Source of the DNA: Macrostomum lignano
Lineage: Eukaryota
NCBI GenBank assembly: GCA_002269645.1
Contig: NIVC01001753.1
Span: 124,001 to 188,000 of the forward strand
Direction of reading: 5' to 3'
Length of the DNA stretch: 64,000 nt
Shown here: one piece after another, positions 23,878 to 36,319 of the stretch
Layout: each line of letters starts with the position of its first letter
Position numbering within the stretch: position 1 is the first letter of the stretch
Notes under the pieces: generated by a model
Told to the model about the DNA's origin: nothing
Seen by the model: the letters and a program-made list of their open reading frames with translations, nothing else
Database searches by the model: none
Position numbers and translations under genes: made by a program

Positions 23878-26800
23878 TAACGCTCACCCTCGTCAGGCCT
23901 ACCGACGTATGCCTATGTCAGAGTAGTAAGTTTTTCAGGTGACATGCAATATCTGCCATGTCATGACTACACTGTCTTTCATGTCTCTTATAAGAATGTT
24001 TAAAGTCAATTGTTACTCGGAGAATGTATCAAAGGAACTTATAAAAGTATTTTAGTAGAGATATGAGGGGCTGTTCGCCCCTTACGAGGGGCATTTCGCC
24101 CCTCATGATTATGAGCCTATCTTGACTACTTAATATCGTCGCTCAGTAGAGTGATAAGCGTAATAAAATGACTGAGCGCACTCTTGCGATAAAGCAAAGA
24201 TATGATGTAAATTTCCCTGTCTTTTTATATTATTTCTGGAATCTGAAGAGAGAATAATGCTCCAGGCATCTACTCTAGAAAATCAGTACACTTTCTTAGA
24301 AGGTCGGTATACTGATATGAAGTTTCTTCACTTTAGCTTCTGGCCATCCTAGGTTTTGGTAGTCGGACTTTCAGTTGTGTAAACATTCTGAAATCGTGTA
24401 TAGACCTCCTAAAGCGAAAAATATCTTAAGTAGTTGTCAAACATTTTTCTATGCGGCCAAGTGAATCTCGACTTGGCTGTTGTGCGCTCTATTATGCTTG
24501 CCCATACAGTTAAGTAGTAAGTTTTTCAGCTCAAAGGTTAGGTACTATTGGGGCATTCAACTGCATGCTCTTGTTCTTAACCATACAAGTCCATGTTATA
24601 CACTTTATTATGAGTAGCGCAATGAACGTTTGAGAGTCCTGAAGGTAACTCTCACCCTCGTCAGGAGAACCGACGTATGCCTATGTCAGAGTAGTAAGTT
24701 TTTCAGGGGACATGCAATATCTGCCGTGTCTTGACCATACTGTCTTTAATGCCTCGTATAAGAATGTTTAAAGTCAATTGTTACTCTGAGAATATATCAA
24801 GGAACTTATAAAAGTATTTTAGTAGAAATATGAGGGGCTATTCGCCCCTTACGAGGGGCATTTCGCCCCTCATAATTATAAGCCCATCTTGACTACTAAA
24901 TATCGTCGCTCAGTAGAGTGATAAGCGCATCAAAATGACTGAGCGGACTCGGTCATACTGATATGACGTTACTTCACTTTAGCTTCTGGCCATCCTAGGT
25001 TTTGGTAGTCGGACTTTCAGTTGTGTAAAAATTCTGAAATCGTGTATAGACCTCCTAAAGCGAAAAAATATCCTAAGTAGTTGTCAAACATTTTTCTATG
25101 CGGCCAAGTGAATCTCGACTTGGCTTTTATTTGCTCTTTGATGTTTGCCAATATAGTGAGGAGTAAGATTTTTAACTCAGAGGTTAGGTACTATTGGGGC
25201 ATTCAACTGCATGCTCTTGTTCTTAACCATACAAGTCCATGTTATACACTTTATTATGAGTAGCGCAATGAACGTTTGAGAGTCCTGAAGGTAACTCTCA
25301 CCCTCGTCAGGAGAACCGACGTATGCCTATGTCAGAGTAGTAAGTTTTTCAGGGGACATGCAATATCTGCCGTGTCTTGACCATACTGTCTTTAATGCCT
25401 CGTATAAGAATGTTTAAAGTCAATTGTTACTCTGAGAATATATCAAGGAACTTATAAAAGTATTTTAGTAGAAATATGAGGGGCTATTCGCCCCTTACGA
25501 GGGGCATTTCGCCCCTCATAATTATAAGCCCATCTTGACTACTAAATATCGTCGCTCAGTAGAGTGATAAGCGCATCAAAATGACTGAGCGGACTCTTGC
25601 AATAAAGCAAAGATATGATATAAATTTCCCTGTCTTTTTATATTATTTCTGGAATCTGAAGAGAGAATAATGCTCCAGACCTATACTCTAGAAAATCAGT
25701 ACACTTTCTAAGAAGGTCGATATACTGATATGAAGTTTCTTCACTTTAGCTTCTGGCCATCCTAGGTTTGTGTATTCGGACTTTCAGTTGTGTAAATATT
25801 CTGAAATCGTGTATAGACCTCCTAAAGCGAAAAATATCCTAAGTAGTTGTCAAACATTTTTCTATGCGGCCAAGTGAATCTCGACTTGGCTGTTGTGTGC
25901 TCTATTATGCTTGCCAATACAGTTAAGTAGTAAGTTTTTCAGCTCAAAGGTTAGGTACTATTGGGGCATTCAACTGCATGCTCTTGTTCTTAACCATACA
26001 AGTCCATGTTATACACTTTATTATGAGTAGCGCAATGAACGTTTGAGAGTCCTGAAGGTAACTCTCACCCTCGTCAGGAGAACCGACGTATGCCTATGTC
26101 AGAGTAGTAAGTTTTTCAGGGGACATGCAATATCTGGCATGTTATGACTATACTGTCTTTATTGCCTCTTATAAGAAGGTTTAAAGTCAATTGTTACTCT
26201 GAGAATATATCAAGGAACTTATAAAAGTATTTTAGTAGAAATATGAGGGGCTATTCGCCCCTTACGAGGGGCATTTCGCCCCTCATAATTATAAGCCCAT
26301 CTTGACTACTAAATATCGTCGCTCAGTAGAGTGATAAGCGTAATAAAAAGACTGAGCGCACTCTTGCGATAAAGCAAAGATATGATATAAATTTCCCTGT
26401 CTTTTTATATTAAACACCTGGGCACGCGGTTAATCTGAAAGAAGAACAAAAGCGAGACTGCTAGGCAACCGGCACTGGGCATACTCCCGGCCAGTACGCG
26501 TCGCGCCCACCTGTGTGCACACGGCCCTAGCGACTCCCAGACCTGGGGAGAACGAGTAGCAACAACTGACTCGGCGATCCGAGGTAAATTTCAGCAGATA
26601 AGCGACTGGCAAGCAACGGCATTTTCGAGCGGCCTGACCAGTCTCGCCGACAGCTGGAACCATCTGCAGCAACCCTAATGGTCGACGCCGCGCCGCGTAG
26701 CAACAGGCCGAGCGAGAAGTTTGGCCCCGGAACTCCCTAAACACCTGGGCACGCGGTTAATCTGAAAGAAGAACAAAAGCGAGACTGCTAGGCAACCGGC

Positions 26801-27770
26801 ACTGGAGCATACTCCCAGCCAGTACACGTTGCGCCCACCTGTGTGCACAAGGCCCTAGCGGCTCCCAGACCTGGAGAGAACGAGTAGCAACAACTGACTC
26901 GGCGGTCCGAGGTAAATGTCAGCAGATCACCGACCGGCCAGCAACGGCATTTTCGAGCGGCCTGAGCAGTCTCGCCGACAGCTGGAACCATCTGGAGCAC
27001 CCCTAATGGTCGACGCCGCGCCCTGTGAAGTAACGCTCACCCTCGTCAGGCCTACCGACGTATGCCTATGTCAGAGTAGTAAGTTTTTCAGGTGACATGC
27101 AATATCTGCCATGTCATGACTACACTGTCTTTCATGTCTCTTATAAGAATGTTTAAAGTCAATTGTTACTCGGAGAATGTATCAAAGGAACTTATAAAAG
27201 TATTTTAGTAGAGATATGAGGGGCTGTTCGCCCCTTACGAGGGGCATTTCGCCCCTCATGATTATAAGCCTATCTTGACTACTTAATATCGTCGCTCAGT
27301 AGAGTGATAAGCGTAATAAAATGACTGAGCGCACTCTTGTGATAAAGCAAAGATATGATGTAAATTTCCCTGTCTTTTTATATTATTTCTGGAATCTGAA
27401 GAGAGAATAATGCTCCAGGCATCTACTCTAGAAAATCAGTACACTTTCTTAGAAAGTCGATATACTGATATGACGTTTCTTCAATTTAGCTTCTGGCCAT
27501 CCTAGGTTTTGGTATTCGGACTTTCTGTTGTGTAAATATCCTAAAATCGTGTACAGACCTCCTAAAGCGCACAATATCATAAGTAGTTGTCAAACAGTTT
27601 TCATGCGGCCAAGTGAATCTCGACTTGGCTGTTATGTGCTCTATGATGTTTGCCTATACAGTGAGTAGTAAGTTTTTCAACTCAGAGGTTAGGTACTATT
27701 GGGGCATTCAAGTGCATGCGCTTGCTCTTAACCATAGAAATCCATATCATACACTTTATTATGAGTAGAG
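23878..27770. repeat. Mosaic array of satellite module A (~640-770-bp units with double GAGGGGC-N5-GCCCCT hairpin and two TAGTAAGTTTTTCAG motifs)
   Basis: Repeated GTGAATCTCGACTTGGCT...GTAACTCTCACCCTCGTCAGG blocks. Confidence 0.9.
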
Positions 27771-28204
27771 GCAAAAAAGCAAAGCTGTAAGAACGTTCAG
27801 TGTAAGCGAAGCTATAAGAGAAATACTTGTACTTATTAAGGTATACTTGAGAAATACTTGTACTTACAGAGTTTGCATACAAATTATAAACATTTTAGTT
27901 GCCTTGACGTGAGTTGCATAGATCGGCAAAAAAGCAAAGCTGTAAGAACGTTCAGTGTAAGCGAAGCTATAAGAGAAATACTTGTACTTATTGAAGTATA
28001 CTTAAGAAATACTTGTACTTACAGAGTTTGCATACAAATTATAAACATTTTAGTTGCATAGACGTGAGCACAGTATTTAATTGCGTAAAAGTATACAGGA
28101 ATAAAAATAGAAAATTAGAAAAAGATGAAAAGTAAACTTGGAAGAAATACAAGCAAGAATAATAGGTGCAAATACACATTTTCGGATGAAGATCGCGACA
28201 ATAA

Positions 28205-28483
28205 TTAGTGACAAGCATTTTTGTTATATCGTAATTTTTCATCTAAAGCAGCTGCTTTTTTTTCAGCGGCGTAGCGTGACTTCCATCTATTAATGAAGCA
28301 GCTCGCCAAATTTGTAAGTTCCAGCCGTTCAATCGGGCTGATGTGATTCAGCGAGTCGTGTGCCATGGCATGGCTTCGGTATGCCTTTAGCGACGGTGGG
28401 ATCGGATGTGAAGATGCCGGACCGTGCAGCCGTAGCATCTCATCCAATACTTGGTACATCCTTCTCCCGGCGCTCGAATTCAT
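28205..28483 (-). CDS. Hypothetical protein domain, paralogous to 36320-36631
   Basis: SAGRRMYQVLDEMLRLHGPASSHPIPPS aligns with TAGRLLAQLVVETVQTNGPYSSQPIPPS, and INRWKSRY with VNKWKNAY. Confidence 0.5.
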   Translation of the reverse strand: MNSSAGRRMYQVLDEMLRLHGPASSHPIPPSLKAYRSHAMAHDSLNHISPIERLELTNLASCFINRWKSRYAAEKKAAALDEKLRYNKNACH

Positions 28484-30248
28484 CGATTCTATTGATGCGC
28501 GGCGCTTGACAACGACTTCGCTGTATCTCGAAATTGTCGTATCGTTTCGAGATCGGTCAACTGTTTCTTGTGGCGGCGTGACGCTGCTGTTTTGAGTTGA
28601 AGGTTGAAATCTGGCTTGATTATAAAAGCTTAAATTCCACTCACTAGAATGTATAATACAATCAAAGTCTTACCTTAAATTAAAACTGGTGGCAACATTA
28701 TTACCACTGCTGACGCGACGCCGCTTTGGGTGCGGAACGATGCTGAATGGTTGAAATAAAAATTACGACTAGTAAGTTTTTCAGCACAAAGTCATCACTT
28801 ATAACATAACATTTTCTGACACATGTTGCTAATCTAAGCTCATAAAAATAATCAGAAGAATAAAACAATCACAACGTACTTTTCGCTTAAAAAATCTTCA
28901 GCTTCAGCTTGAGCTTCAATCGCGGGTGCGGAAGCTCCAGTTGCGGAAGCCGAATCCGCAGTAGTCAAAGCGGTATCCTCTTGCCAAATTCGCTTACGGC
29001 AAGAATGCTTCTGAACGCCCCTGTGAGGGTATGCATTGAAATTATTACTATGTTGAGTTGAAACTTTCAAATTGATTTTATCTAGCTATATAATTTTTTT
29101 AAAACGAAGTTGCGTTTAATGTTTAAGTTTGTAAAAGTTGACAAAGTACTACAAAATTAAAAATTATTATTAGCATATAGCTTCTTACGTTTGATTCTCA
29201 GGAGCAGAGCCCACGTTGACTTTGTTTTCGTGGATGAGCCACTGCGCAATGCTAACAGCTTCGGATCTGTGAATTGTAGGACATTAAAAAATTAGAGAGA
29301 AGTGTGTACAATTACTGCAGATATACTAAAAGCGCAGCTAATCACTAATTCTAAACGGACAAAAATATGCGCAGCTTTCGAACTTACGTAGAGAGCAAGA
29401 TGTACTCCGATGCATCATCGGAGCAAATAGTTAAGTCCACCACAAGATTAGCATTCTCAATGGCAGTGATAGGCAGCGGCATGTTAGCTGAAAAATATGC
29501 GTTTGGAGCGTTTGAAAAATATGCGTATACACATGTAAAATGCCAGTTAGAAATTTCTTCAAAGTCACAGAGTAAATTAAAGAGTAACCCAAATATTGGC
29601 TTCTGTAGGTTGTAGGTACTACAATTCTTACTCCTACCTACTCCTACTAATACTACTGCCTGCAACTACATACTATTATCTACCTACTACTAGTACAAAC
29701 CAACTACTGTGTACTATTACCTACTACCGCACGCGAAGGCGTATTCAGCATGCCAGTGAAGTATGAGACAGACTAGGCCCATGGGCTAAGGTCTGCGATG
29801 CTTCACGCCTGCCCCTATCTTCAGCAGGTCAAGGCTGGTGGGAGGTCTGCACCCTCTATTTGCCTTTGGCAGCCGCAGACCCCCCCCCCCACGCTGTCTC
29901 GCAAGTCGACCCAGGGTACTCGTCCCCGCGTGTGTTCAAGGCAGTCCCTAGGGCTGCTGGACAGACTGGGCTCCGGCGCTGGCGACCCTATCCAGTGGCT
30001 TCGGCCGAATTTGGGTATGCGGGTCTGGCTCGCCAACCTGCAGGCCGTGGTACTGCTCAACGTACTCTCTAATGCCTAAGGTGTTGACCGTGCCGATGGG
30101 CTGGAAGGCCGGGGAGTAGTCCGGTCGCAAGCGGTCCCCCTCCTGGTGTCGGGCCAGCCTTGAGGGTGCTATTGGCCTACTGCCCGGTCAGGTGGAGCAG
30201 CCGGGTGGGTACCGCGCCCCTTTGAGGGTAGCCCACCAACCTTTTATC

Positions 30249-31754
30249 ATGGCCTTCGAGCCGACTATGGATAAACAAGCTATTTCTAGGGACGGGGACC
30301 CTTCTAAACCCCAACCTCAGTCCGAAGGACCGGCCGGCCCTGCTGGCAGATCCCAACCGACTGATTCAACTGTGGCAAAGGAAGGACCGGCTGGCTCTGC
30401 TGGCAGATCCGACCAGAGCTACCAAACTCAAAATACCCTAAGACCTGCCAGCTCCGCTGGTGGATCTAAGGGAACCGCGAGCTCTGAGCCTAAAGGACCG
30501 GCCAAATCTGGCAGATCCGATGAAGCTCAGCGGGCTCGGCTTGAGCGCAAACGCGCTAAACAACGCGCCAAAAGGCAGGCCAAGAAGGGAGCTGCGGGGG
30601 CCAAAGCGGCGGCGTCCACCATGGATGCTGAAGCGACTGGAGTCCCAAGGCAACCAGGCGGGCCGGCCGGTGGAAGCTCCAGTAGTTCAGCGGCGGCGCT
30701 CCCTGGAGCTGCTGCCGCGGCTGCTGAGGCCGAAACCACGGCGCAACAAATGGCCACTGCCAACAAGGAGGTTCCTTCGGGAGCTACCTTTGCGGCGAAG
30801 GCCAAGGCCAAAATCCCGGGAGTGATCATCCAAGGTCGCGACCAGGACTGGACCACTGATCAGCTTCAAAAAGTGTGGAGTGCTGTTGACTCCTATCTGA
30901 TTGAGCTGACTGTCGAGGAGGGAATCTCCATCGGCGTTGAGCGGATGGTGCTGCGAAGCACATTCGTTCTTATTGCTCCTAGCAGCGAGGAGGACGCTCG
31001 GCGGCTGCTCCAGCGGCTACCGACGGTCTCCTTGGATGCTGACCTTGGTGGAGCTCTTTTTCTTCGCGAGGGCCAGCGTCCAAAGACGATACCCTATGTG
31101 GTTTTCGTCCCTGCTAAGAGCACCGCAGCTGGACCAGACGTTATTCGCCGGGTCCTACTGCGTCTGAACCCCGACCTCCCTGCTAGTGGACTGGTGTATC
31201 ACCGCAAAGTCCGCAGGGGGGAGACGGGCAACTCAATTGTCCTCGGCCTTTCCAGCACTTGGGCGAGTCGGTACCCTAATGGATCCTCTTTCCAGCTGGG
31301 TGCCCTCAAGCTCAAGTTGCGCCGAGGAAAGTCTGCCAAAGGGAAGGCTACTGCCAACCCCGGCATCTCCGGCAAGAGCGGGGCGCAGTCTAAGGCCCAA
31401 GGAAAGGCGCAAGCCGATCCCAAAGCCAAAGCTGCATCTCGCCCCTCTGCTAGCAGCAGTTCGGCGACCGCGGTAACGGCTCCGGCCGAGCCCCGGGAAC
31501 CAAACCTGCCAGTCGGAGAAGGAGTTGAGGACGAGGCCGGGTCTTCGGAATCCGAGCTCTCCTCGGCCACCTTGGTGGGGTCTGAAGGTAAAGATGCAGG
31601 TGAGGAAGCTTCCTCCATCCTGTCATCGGAGCCTGAGGACTCTGCTGGGGGGGCCGGTGGGGGTGAGGAGGCCATGGACGTCGACCAACTCCCATCTCCC
31701 AGTCAAGCCCCAGCGGCCTGGGACGAGGACGATCTGTTGTCCAAGTCTCCTTGA
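30249..31754 (+). CDS. LINE ORF1 (gag-like nucleic-acid-binding protein)
   Basis: About 500-aa ORF directly upstream of ORF2 (first ATG at 30249). Basic and acidic low-complexity ends surround a folded core. Confidence 0.85.
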   Translation: MAFEPTMDKQAISRDGDPSKPQPQSEGPAGPAGRSQPTDSTVAKEGPAGSAGRSDQSYQTQNTLRPASSAGGSKGTASSEPKGPAKSGRSDEAQRARLERKRAKQRAKRQAKKGAAGAKAAASTMDAEATGVPRQPGGPAGGSSSSSAAALPGAAAAAAEAETTAQQMATANKEVPSGATFAAKAKAKIPGVIIQGRDQDWTTDQLQKVWSAVDSYLIELTVEEGISIGVERMVLRSTFVLIAPSSEEDARRLLQRLPTVSLDADLGGALFLREGQRPKTIPYVVFVPAKSTAAGPDVIRRVLLRLNPDLPASGLVYHRKVRRGETGNSIVLGLSSTWASRYPNGSSFQLGALKLKLRRGKSAKGKATANPGISGKSGAQSKAQGKAQADPKAKAASRPSASSSSATAVTAPAEPREPNLPVGEGVEDEAGSSESELSSATLVGSEGKDAGEEASSILSSEPEDSAGGAGGGEEAMDVDQLPSPSQAPAAWDEDDLLSKSP

Positions 31755-31793
31755 TGGCCCTGGGCTCTAGCCAGATATTGCATTTAATACAGT

Positions 31794-34700
31794 ATGACTA
31801 AGCTCCACGCTGCCAAAGGAGCGACATTCTGTCTGCAAATAAATTTACAGCATTGCGTATCTGCGTCAGTAAATCTGATGAAGATTGCTGAGCTGTACAG
31901 GCCAGGCCTCATCCTGATCCAGGAACCCTGGATGCGCAACGGTAAGTTGCCCAACATTCCCTCTGGCTACTCTGATTTTTATGTGTGTGGCCCGGGGAAC
32001 AGCCGCCCTAGAGCGGCTATCCTCGCTGCTAGCCATCTCCAGGCTTGGCTGAGGACTGATCTCTCTGATGGAGACCTTTGCGTCATCCAATCTAATCATT
32101 TCTCTCCGCGTACGTGTCTTGTTGCCTCGGTTTATATCCCAGGCGACAGAGACCCTGCTCCCGAGAGTTTACTGCGCCTTGCGCAGTACTGCGAGTCCCA
32201 GAACGCTGAGCTGTGCTTAGGGGGCGACCTCAACGCGCACCACAAGCACTGGGGCAGCAAAGATACCAACACTAGAGGAGAGGAGCTTCTGGCCCTCATC
32301 TCTAACACAAACCTCATGCTCTGCAACCGCGGCAGCACTCCTACCTTTAATAATGGCAGATGGACCGAGGTCCTCGACGCCACACTCGTCACCCCAAGAC
32401 TCTTTGACAGAGTCAAGGAGTGGAGAGTCTGGTCTGAGGAGCCCTCCCTGTCTGACCACTGCTTTATCGCCTTTAATATCGCGGACACTAAAACCCAGTC
32501 TCCGATCACTTGGAGACGCAATATCCGCAACACTGATTGGGCGGCCTACAAGGCTGCCCTTGATCTGCACCTGCAGGAACTCACGGACTTACGTCCGATT
32601 GAGACCTGCGAGGATGTGGATCATATGGCTGAGACGCTGACAGGTTGCATTATTGCAGCCTACGAAGCGGCTTGTCCTGCTCGCGCCTACAGAGGCAAGA
32701 CCTCGGCGCCGTGGTGGAACCCGGAGCTGGGGAAACTCAGGCGGAAGGCCAAAAGCCTTCATCGCCGTGCCATGAAGACCGGAAACCCGGAGGACATGGA
32801 GCTTTTCCGGCAAGCCTCCCGCAATTTCAAATCTGAAGTGCGCAAGGCCAAGGAATGTAAGTGGCGCCAATTCTGCAATGAATTGGATCAAGACAGACCT
32901 ACTTCTAGGCTTGTCAAGGCCCTTACAATGGACAAAATGTCCAAATTAGCCATGATCAAAAAAGATGATGGCTCTCTTACTAAAGACCCTGAAGAAGTGC
33001 TTCAGCATATGCTTAGCACATTCTTCCCGAGGGTACCTACTGCTAGACCGGAGCCCAACCATTCGATGGATGGAGCCACCCTAGCGGCGGGCATTGTCAC
33101 TGAAGACCTAATCGCTCGTGCGGTCAGAACCTTCAAACCCTTTAAATCTCCTGGACCTGATGGTATCTACCCTGTTCTCCTTCGTGAAGCAGCCAAGATA
33201 CCCTCGTTCCTGAGACTCACCCGCAATCTTATGCGGGCCTCTATCCAGCTGGGATACGTTCCCAAAAGCTGGACTGAAGCTCGAGTAGTCTTTATTCCCA
33301 AACCTGGGAAGGGTGACTACCAAAGCGTCAAGGCCTTCCGGCCAATTAGCTTAACGTCAGCAATGCTTAAGCTCACTGAGAGGCTTATTCTCTGGCGGCT
33401 GCTCTCCTGCGAGCTGACAGCGATGCCCCTCAGCAATAATCAGCACGCCTTCCGTACCGGGAGGTCGACTGACAGCGCCCTGCATGCGATTGTCGAAAAG
33501 ATTGAACGGGCGGTACTGGGTGACGGTTACGCCCTGGCTCTCTTTCTTGACATTGTTGGCGCCTTCGACAACGTTATCTTTGAAGCGTTTCAGAGGGCCC
33601 TTCAAAATCGCAAAGCTCATGCTACCCTCATACGGTGGATCATGTACATGATCTCCAACCGTACGGTCACTGCCCAACTTCTTGGGCAAACTGCCTCCAC
33701 CAGAGTCTGTAAGGGTGGACCCCAAGGCGGAGTCCTCACCCCGACGCTCTGGAACCTGGTCATGGACGCTCTTCTGAGTGACTCCCGACCTGACCCCGTC
33801 TTCAAAGTCGGGTATGCTGATGACGTCACGGCCATTGTGGCAGGACCGTCTCCCAGCACGCTCAGGGATCTGATGCAGAGCTTTATCCGCAAAGCAGAAT
33901 CCTGGGCCAATGACAATGGTTTGGAACTCTCTGAGCCCAAAACCGTTGCCATTATGTTTACCAGCAGACTACGCTGGAACATACGTCCTCTGCAGCTCTA
34001 CGGCAGAGATATTGCCTTCGCGCACCAGACCAGATGTCTCGGGGTCACACTTGACCACCGGCTCAACTGGTCCTTCCACGTGAAAGCAAAAGCTAAGCGT
34101 GCCTCAGCCATCCTGGCCCAGCTCCGACGAGCACTTGGCACTTCTTGGGGTCTATCCCCAAAGCGGCTTTGGTGGATCTATACTTCCGTAGTTAGACCTG
34201 CCATTACGTACGCCTCTGTTGTCTGGGTTAGCGCTACCCAGGTCAAAAGCCATGCAGACCTGCTCAACACGATCCAAGGCAGAGCGTGTAGGCTCATCTG
34301 CAACGCCACCAGGTCCACGCCCTTTGCTGGCATGGGGGCCTTTCTTAATCTTCCGCCTCTTGACCTCTTCATCAGGGGTGAGGCGGCTAGAACGACGCGG
34401 CGTCTAATTGATGCCGGCGTCAAATTCATTTACATGAGAGCACCTGCTAAGCGGAACCTTGTCCCGCATAGCGATCTGTGCCTCAACTTTCTCAACGAGT
34501 GTCAGGCCAATCGCGTCTTCACCGATGGCATTGCCTCAACGCTCAACCTGAGACAGCGCTACTCCGTAGCTATCGACTCGCGCGATAACATCAATGACCA
34601 TTGGAACCCTGGTGAGCTTCATTGCTACACCGACGGTTCTAAGCAGTCAGCCAACACCGGCTTTGGTGTTGGAATCTTTCTGAACGGGAGGGTCATCGCT

Positions 34701-35534
34701 ACCCACGCTCAATACACTGGGGTCAACTCCAGTGTTTTCCAAAATGAAGTTCTGGCCATCAGCTCCTGCACTGCAGAGCTTCTCGCCACTGGCGTTACTG
34801 GTAAGAACATCATTTTCCATTCGGACAGCCAAGCTGCCTTGCACGCCATCAGTGGCTGCAGCACCAACTCTGCTACAGTCCTTGACTGTATCAAACTCCT
34901 CAATGTGTTGGGTTCCGCCAACAAAATTACCCTTAAGTGGGTTCCGGGGCATGTGGGGATCCGAGGAAATGAGTTGGCTGACACCCTTGCAAAATTTGGT
35001 GCCTCCGGCTCCTCTCTCGGCCCCGAACCTCTTGTCCCGATTCCTGGCTGTGTCATCGACTCGCGCATCAAAGCGTGGATCAGGACTCAGCACCGCTCGA
35101 CTTGGGCGAACCGCACGAACTGCAGGCAATCCAGAGGCGCTGTCCCTCAGCCCTCTCACCAGCTCCGGAAGCTCCTCTTGCGCCTCTCGCGCAGAGACAT
35201 CCGGGCTGCCACCATGACCCTCTCTGGTCACGGCTGCTTCTCCAGGCACCAGTACCTGCAGGGCAACGCCACCAACGCCACCTGTAGTTTCTGCAACTCA
35301 GGTGACGAAACCGCTGAGCATTTCGTCAGCATCTGTCCCGCCTTCACGCGGGCCAGACTCACTTACCTCGGGCCACACACATCTATTACTGAAGCGTGCA
35401 AACCCGAAAACTTTAATCAGCTCATGCGCTACCTTCGGGCCACCCGCAGGGCTGAACTCTCCTTTCCAGAGAGCACCATAGCTGCTGGCGACACTGGGGG
35501 ACCTCCCTGGGCGGCGCCAACCCTCCGTCCATAG
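31794..35534 (+). CDS. LINE ORF2: AP endonuclease + reverse transcriptase + RNase H + CCHC
   Basis: QINLQH, QEPW, GDLNAHH and SDH (APE). PGPDG, FRPISL, QGGVLTP and YADD (RT). YTDGSK and WVPGHVGIRGNELAD (RNase H). CSFCNSGDETAEHFVSIC (finger). Confidence 0.98.
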   Translation: MTKLHAAKGATFCLQINLQHCVSASVNLMKIAELYRPGLILIQEPWMRNGKLPNIPSGYSDFYVCGPGNSRPRAAILAASHLQAWLRTDLSDGDLCVIQSNHFSPRTCLVASVYIPGDRDPAPESLLRLAQYCESQNAELCLGGDLNAHHKHWGSKDTNTRGEELLALISNTNLMLCNRGSTPTFNNGRWTEVLDATLVTPRLFDRVKEWRVWSEEPSLSDHCFIAFNIADTKTQSPITWRRNIRNTDWAAYKAALDLHLQELTDLRPIETCEDVDHMAETLTGCIIAAYEAACPARAYRGKTSAPWWNPELGKLRRKAKSLHRRAMKTGNPEDMELFRQASRNFKSEVRKAKECKWRQFCNELDQDRPTSRLVKALTMDKMSKLAMIKKDDGSLTKDPEEVLQHMLSTFFPRVPTARPEPNHSMDGATLAAGIVTEDLIARAVRTFKPFKSPGPDGIYPVLLREAAKIPSFLRLTRNLMRASIQLGYVPKSWTEARVVFIPKPGKGDYQSVKAFRPISLTSAMLKLTERLILWRLLSCELTAMPLSNNQHAFRTGRSTDSALHAIVEKIERAVLGDGYALALFLDIVGAFDNVIFEAFQRALQNRKAHATLIRWIMYMISNRTVTAQLLGQTASTRVCKGGPQGGVLTPTLWNLVMDALLSDSRPDPVFKVGYADDVTAIVAGPSPSTLRDLMQSFIRKAESWANDNGLELSEPKTVAIMFTSRLRWNIRPLQLYGRDIAFAHQTRCLGVTLDHRLNWSFHVKAKAKRASAILAQLRRALGTSWGLSPKRLWWIYTSVVRPAITYASVVWVSATQVKSHADLLNTIQGRACRLICNATRSTPFAGMGAFLNLPPLDLFIRGEAARTTRRLIDAGVKFIYMRAPAKRNLVPHSDLCLNFLNECQANRVFTDGIASTLNLRQRYSVAIDSRDNINDHWNPGELHCYTDGSKQSANTGFGVGIFLNGRVIATHAQYTGVNSSVFQNEVLAISSCTAELLATGVTGKNIIFHSDSQAALHAISGCSTNSATVLDCIKLLNVLGSANKITLKWVPGHVGIRGNELADTLAKFGASGSSLGPEPLVPIPGCVIDSRIKAWIRTQHRSTWANRTNCRQSRGAVPQPSHQLRKLLLRLSRRDIRAATMTLSGHGCFSRHQYLQGNATNATCSFCNSGDETAEHFVSICPAFTRARLTYLGPHTSITEACKPENFNQLMRYLRATRRAELSFPESTIAAGDTGGPPWAAPTLRP

Positions 35535-36319
35535 CGACGCGTCGGCCGTTCAGGGACTAGCGGAATGGGCGCCCGCGCCTTCCCGCTGTGTCCCCTCCGG
35601 GACAGCCCTGCAGCTAAGTCAAGTAAGTCAAATTACCTACTACCTACCTACCTCCACTGCTACTACTACTACTCGTGCTATCATCAAGCCCCTCTATCAG
35701 ATTTGACTGTCAGACGAAAAACGAGCAAAGCTGTAAGAACGGTAAGTGTAAGCGAAGCTATAAGAGAAATGCTTGTACTTATTGAAATAGTGCGAATGCA
35801 CATTTTCGCATTTAATTGCGTAAAAGTATACAGGAATAAAAATAGAAAATTAGAAAAAGATGAAAAGTAAACTTGGAAGAAATACAAGCAAGAATAATAG
35901 GTGCAAATACACATTTTCGGATGAAGATCGCGGCAATAATTAGTGACAATAATTTTTTTTCAGCGGCGTAGCGTGACTTCCATCTATTAATGAAGCAGCT
36001 CGCCAAATTTGTAAGCTCCAGCTTACAAAGTGATAGAAGTGGGAAAAGGGATAAATAGAGACAAAAGTGATAAAAGTGCTAGATAAAACTTTGAAAATAA
36101 CTGAAACGACAGATAAATAAGAGTATTAATAGTTTAAGAAAAGTTATGGTTTAAATGTAATACATAATGCAATACGCGCATACAAAATATAAATTAAGAA
36201 CAACAAAAATAGAACTCCTAAAAACATAAGTAAAAGTTTAGTTGTGAAAACTAAACAGAATTAGTAAATAGTAAAAAGTGATACACATTCAAATCACAAC
36301 ACTAACGCTTGTCCAAAAC

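Larger units (their letters stand above)
29729..35631 (+). mobile_element. Full-length non-LTR retrotransposon (LOA/R1 group) with 13-bp TSD
   Basis: ATTACCTACTACC at 29716-29728 and 35632-35644. Two intact ORFs. Short 3' UTR ending TAAGTCAAGTAAGTCAA. Confidence 0.93.

Noticed and set aside
25081-25263. Repeated 60-aa ORF (MSNIFLCGQV...) as a gene family, also at 41212, 45448 and 55765
   Set aside because: Sister units carry 1-nt indels and stops in this frame (for example near 24510), so it is a by-product of the satellite.
23605-27000. Repeated 70-104-aa ORFs in repeat family C
   Set aside because: Copies differ in start and frame, and no domain is recognisable.
30438-35287. Many antisense and alternative-frame ORFs within the LINE
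   Set aside because: These are shadow ORFs of GC-rich ORF1 and ORF2.
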